A DNA stretch of 64,000 nt. Origin: Candidatus Poribacteria bacterium. GTDB taxonomy: Bacteria; Poribacteria; WGA-4E; WGA-3G. The notes under the pieces were generated by a model that saw nothing but the letters and a program-made list of their open reading frames with translations, ran no database searches and had not been told where the DNA came from. Every line of letters starts with the position of its first letter. Position 1 is the first letter of the stretch. Of this stretch, positions 60,164-64,000 are shown in pieces. The stretch is taken from contig OZ240248.1 in the NCBI GenBank assembly GCA_965198235.1, positions 2,112,001 through 2,176,000 of the forward strand. Reading direction: 5' to 3'. Both the position numbers and the translations under genes were made by a program.

Positions 60164-60829
60164 ATGAATAGATGGGCGTTTAGCATTTTATTATTTCTGC
60201 CGTTCAGCATCGCTGGCTGTGTAGGACTTCAAGGGAAATCGGGAGCGGAAATTCTGCCATCGCGTTTATCTTGGCTTCAGGACACACCTATTGAGGAAAT
60301 CGCATCTTCACGGCTGACCTGCGACACCCATCCCGAAATAGTGGATGGTAACTTGGAAACAGTCGCGACTTTTGAAGTGCATGGGGATGTGGAAAAGAGG
60401 CATGAGATTGTGGGAGGCGGGGGGCACTCCTTTGGCAGGAGCCAGTATGTAACGGCACTTGATGGAACAATCCGATGCGAGATTTTGATTAAGCTGGAAA
60501 AACCCATATACGTGAGTACTGTTGAAATTTATCCTGCGTCGCGCATCCCCAATTTGGCACTGAGCACAGCCTTGGATGAATCGGAACGTCACTTCGGTCA
60601 ATCGGGTACAGGTTTCAAGCCTGTGCATGACAAACAGTATGAAGATGTAGAAGGCACAAAACCGGTTATTAAATTCCAAGTGGAAAGGGAAGTGCTGTAC
60701 CTGCGCGTGACAGCAGATGCAATAGAGGACCGACAGAATGCCACGGAGGTTTATGACGAAGTAATTGACATTCCTTTGAAAGGTGCTTCCATCCGCGAGA
60801 TCAAACTCTACGGGCGGCAGCCGTTATAA
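60164..60829 (+). CDS. Lipoprotein of unknown function, paralog 2
   Basis: Lipobox IAGC; family motifs. Confidence 0.78.
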   Translation: MNRWAFSILLFLPFSIAGCVGLQGKSGAEILPSRLSWLQDTPIEEIASSRLTCDTHPEIVDGNLETVATFEVHGDVEKRHEIVGGGGHSFGRSQYVTALDGTIRCEILIKLEKPIYVSTVEIYPASRIPNLALSTALDESERHFGQSGTGFKPVHDKQYEDVEGTKPVIKFQVEREVLYLRVTADAIEDRQNATEVYDEVIDIPLKGASIREIKLYGRQPL

Positions 60830-60864
60830 GAAGAACTTCCCATCTGATGAAAAGGTGCGGAAAA

Positions 60865-61461
60865 ATGAAAATGCGAGGGTTCGGCGTTCTATTGTTTCTG
60901 TTGTTCGGTGTTATAGGGTGTGCGCTGCTGCAAGAGACACCATCCGTCGAAATACCGGCTTCGCGCCTTTCCTGTGCACAAAATCCTGAGATGGTGGATG
61001 GCGACCTGTCAACTGTAGGCACCTTTGCGCCAAAAGGGTCCATCAAAAAAGAGTTTGTGGTAAACCTAAGATACGCGCCTCGGCGGTACCAGCGTCGAGT
61101 GATAGGTAGCCTAAAAACGGAAACGTTGATCAAACTGGACGCGCCAACCTATATTAAGTATATTGAAGTCTACCCCGCATCAACCATCCCCAATTTCGCT
61201 TTGGATGCCACTGCTGAAGAGAAATCACCGAAGTGGAAGCTTTCGTTTACGGCTGTGGAAGATAAACGCGCCCAAAGAGTGGAAGGCACACTACCAGTCA
61301 GATTTCAGATTGAGAGAGAAATACTCTATTTGCGATTGACAGCTAACGCATTGGAAGATTCAGACAATGTATCCCACGGCAACGAGGTAGGCGAACTGCT
61401 GATTCCGCTCAAAGGTGCTTCGATTCGGGAAGTTAAATTCTTCGAGCGACAGTCCCTTTAA
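60865..61461 (+). CDS. Lipoprotein of unknown function, paralog 3
   Basis: Lipobox VIGC; family motifs. Confidence 0.78.
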   Translation: MKMRGFGVLLFLLFGVIGCALLQETPSVEIPASRLSCAQNPEMVDGDLSTVGTFAPKGSIKKEFVVNLRYAPRRYQRRVIGSLKTETLIKLDAPTYIKYIEVYPASTIPNFALDATAEEKSPKWKLSFTAVEDKRAQRVEGTLPVRFQIEREILYLRLTANALEDSDNVSHGNEVGELLIPLKGASIREVKFFERQSL

Positions 61462-61699
61462 ACGGTAGTAAAAATCCGCTTGACTTTTGTTTTAGGATTT
61501 TGTAAAATAAAAATAATTCAACAAGATTTATTCACAACAATTTCTGCTGATGCTGGTTGAAATTTCATCAGTCGAGAAAGCAGTTGTGTATAACTCCCGA
61601 AATTTGACATTTTTTAGCAATTGTGTTAAGGTTTAGACAGAACACACAAGGTGAAACCTGTAGGTTTCCCGTTTAAAAAGCCGGAGGATTAGAATCCGA

Positions 61700-62716
61700 T
61701 TGCAAAAACAAGAATCGAAGGGTGTCCCCATACAGAGCAACACTGAAGTGCAAGCCCTTTTCGGGCAAAGTGATGCCTTCTTGAAAATTATTGAAGATGG
61801 ATTTGATGTTCGCGTTGTTTTGAAAAGTGACAGTGTTGCTGTCATTGGTGAAGATATTACAGAAGTTAACCGGGTGACAACGGTTCTCGAATCCCTACTT
61901 CACCGCATCCGGAAAGGAGAACGCATTCAGGCAACCGATGTCAACTATGTAATTCGAGTGTCGGGTGCTGGTGAACGAGATACTTTAGGTGAAACTGGAG
62001 CCGAGTCTATTCCAGTATTCTCGAAACGGGGTGTGATTCGTCCCAAAACCGCTGGGCAGAAAAGGTATGTTGAGGCAATTAAGCACAACGACTTGGTATT
62101 TGGCATCGGACCGGCGGGAACAGGAAAGACGTATCTCGCTATGGCGATGGCGGTTTCCGCACTCAAAAGCGGACAGGTGAGTCGTATTATCTTGACACGC
62201 CCGGCTGTTGAAGCCGGTGAACATCTCGGTTTCTTACCCGGCGACATCGCAGACAAGGTCCATCCATACCTGCGTCCATTATACGATGCACTCTATGATA
62301 TGATGCCCGTGGAGGCACTCGACAAATATATTGAGCGAAATGTTATTGAAGTCGCGCCTATCGCTTTCATGCGAGGCAGGACACTCAATAACTCGTTTGT
62401 CGTCCTTGATGAAGCACAAAACGCCACTATTGAGCAGATGAAGATGTTTTTGACCCGACTCGGTTTCGATTCAAAAGCTGTCGTTACGGGCGATATTACG
62501 CAGACGGATCTTCCGAACCATAAGGTCTCAGGACTCGCAGACGCACAAGAAGTGCTTTCGGGCATCAAGGGAATCCAATTCGTCTATTTTTCTAAGGTTG
62601 ATGTCGTACGGCATGAACTCGTTCAACGCATTGTTGAGGCTTATGAGCAGGCATCACCCCACAATACGGGACGGAACGGCGTAAATCCATCGGGTGTCTC
62701 CAGTGGAGAAGGATAA
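61700..62716 (+). CDS. phoH: PhoH-like ATPase
   Basis: GPAGTGKT, RPAVEAGE.LGFLPG, MRGRTL, DEAQN; TTG start with GGAGG. Confidence 0.95.
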   Translation: MQKQESKGVPIQSNTEVQALFGQSDAFLKIIEDGFDVRVVLKSDSVAVIGEDITEVNRVTTVLESLLHRIRKGERIQATDVNYVIRVSGAGERDTLGETGAESIPVFSKRGVIRPKTAGQKRYVEAIKHNDLVFGIGPAGTGKTYLAMAMAVSALKSGQVSRIILTRPAVEAGEHLGFLPGDIADKVHPYLRPLYDALYDMMPVEALDKYIERNVIEVAPIAFMRGRTLNNSFVVLDEAQNATIEQMKMFLTRLGFDSKAVVTGDITQTDLPNHKVSGLADAQEVLSGIKGIQFVYFSKVDVVRHELVQRIVEAYEQASPHNTGRNGVNPSGVSSGEG

Positions 62717-62721
62717 CCGTT

Positions 62722-63174
62722 TTGATTCGGGTTACCAATACGAGTCGCAGGACCACTTTTGACGTAGAAGTGGTTTACAGCGCGGTGCGTGCAACGTTAA
62801 AGGCGCATGACGCAGAATCGTGTGAAGTCAGCGTCCTCTTGACAGATGATAGTGACATTAGACAACTCAACCGCGACTATCGTGGCATTGATGCACCGAC
62901 AGATGTGTTAGCGTTTTCGATGCGCGAAGGTGAGGATGGTAATGTAAACCCAGGTTTGCTCGGAGATCTCGTTGTATCCCTTGAAACCGCAGCGCGACAA
63001 GTATCGACAAGGGACGGACTCAGTGGAGCTTGCGGTAACCTTGAAACCGAGACCGCATTGCTCACAGTACACGGCATGCTACACCTGCTGGGTTACGACC
63101 ATCAAACGCGAGAAGAAGCCGGGATTATGTTTGAAAAGCAGGAAAGTATCTTCCGTCTACTGCGGGAACCGTAG
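62722..63174 (+). CDS. ybeY: rRNA maturation endoribonuclease YbeY
   Basis: LNRDYRG.D.PTDVLAF, HGMLHLLGYDH. Confidence 0.95.
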   Translation: MIRVTNTSRRTTFDVEVVYSAVRATLKAHDAESCEVSVLLTDDSDIRQLNRDYRGIDAPTDVLAFSMREGEDGNVNPGLLGDLVVSLETAARQVSTRDGLSGACGNLETETALLTVHGMLHLLGYDHQTREEAGIMFEKQESIFRLLREP

Positions 63175-63238
63175 TGCGTTGTCTGTTATCTTCTGGATAC
63201 CGCGAAATTGGTCCGTTAATAGGAGTGTGATTTTACGT

Positions 63239-64000
63239 TTGGACGACCTAGACTTAGTCATCAAACTCGTTAGCTTAGGCATACTTTTAATTCTCAATGC
63301 GCTGTTTTCAGCTGCCGAAGCGTTACTTGCTCGGTTAACGCGGGATGATATTCTCAAGTTTGCCGAAGAAGGTGGCAAACGCTACGAACTACTGACATCC
63401 CTATTGCGCAACCCACGCCGCTACTCGTTGACCATTATCACTGCCAAAACTATTCTGATAGTGGTGAGCGTTATGGTGTTTATGACGTTTTGGAAATACC
63501 CCGTGGTAAATGCGGCACTCGCAGTCGCCTGTTTCGTCGTCTTTACTGAGTTGTTTCCAAAAAATTATGTGCAGGGTAGCACGGGTGAAGCAACGATTCG
63601 AGCACTCAGTGTGCTCCGTGCGGTCTATTGGGGTGGGTTTTTAGTTTTAATCCCATTGAATTTCCTCGCCAACCTTATCGTCCGCGTCTTCGGAGGTAAG
63701 GTTACCTCCGCACAAGACAGCCTCGTATCCCCAGAGGTTTTGGAGACGCTCGACAACGTCGCCGACAGCCAAGACATCTTAGAACCAGATGACCGAGAAA
63801 TGATCTCTCGGATTTTAGACTTATCAGACAAAGTCGTTCGCGAAATCATGGTCGCGCGGACCGATATGGTCTGTCTTGAAGTCACCACCCCCGGTGACGA
63901 GGTTTTACAGACAACCATCGCCTGCCGACATACCCGTATTCCGATCTACGAGGAAACCATCGACCGGATCGTCGGAATTTTGCACGTTAAAGATATGTTG
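63239..64000 (+). CDS. Hemolysin/CNNM (DUF21)-CBS domain protein, runs off the window
   Basis: NALFSAAE, 'ELFPK', 'VREIMVARTDM', 'HTRIPIYEETIDRIVGILHVKD'; conserved phoH-ybeY context. Confidence 0.88.
   Translation, partial: MDDLDLVIKLVSLGILLILNALFSAAEALLARLTRDDILKFAEEGGKRYELLTSLLRNPRRYSLTIITAKTILIVVSVMVFMTFWKYPVVNAALAVACFVVFTELFPKNYVQGSTGEATIRALSVLRAVYWGGFLVLIPLNFLANLIVRVFGGKVTSAQDSLVSPEVLETLDNVADSQDILEPDDREMISRILDLSDKVVREIMVARTDMVCLEVTTPGDEVLQTTIACRHTRIPIYEETIDRIVGILHVKDML

Overview
Bacterial chromosomal window, about 50% GC. The gene content suggests Candidatus Poribacteria or a relative (inference): dockerin plus FlgD-type 'NYPNPFNPETWIPYQL' secreted proteins, paired large DUF6785-like membrane proteins, and expanded PhyH, Ldh_2 and WD40 families. 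Housekeeping genes are gnd, yitJ-like, iscS-like, lpoB, thrS, tRNA-Gly/Cys/Val, argJ and the phoH-ybeY-CNNM operon. Accessory content includes a low-GC restriction-modification patch, decayed toxin-antitoxin genes, a collapsed nitrate/nitrite assimilation operon and one intact IS200/IS605 tnpB element. The main findings are: (1) a 415-bp protein-free IS605-type element that cleanly interrupts a DNA methyltransferase and carries a perfect sigma70 promoter driving a ~320-nt highly structured RNA, a candidate stand-alone omega/guide RNA; (2) a pseudoknotted RNA in the tnpB 5' leader; (3) a GTAG-REP family whose short conserved arms enclose loops of unrelated sequence but near-fixed ~72-nt length; (4) MITE-like elements that end at start and stop codons; (5) a microhomology-mediated nirA/nasA deletion that left its sigma54/NtrC/ANTAR control region behind.
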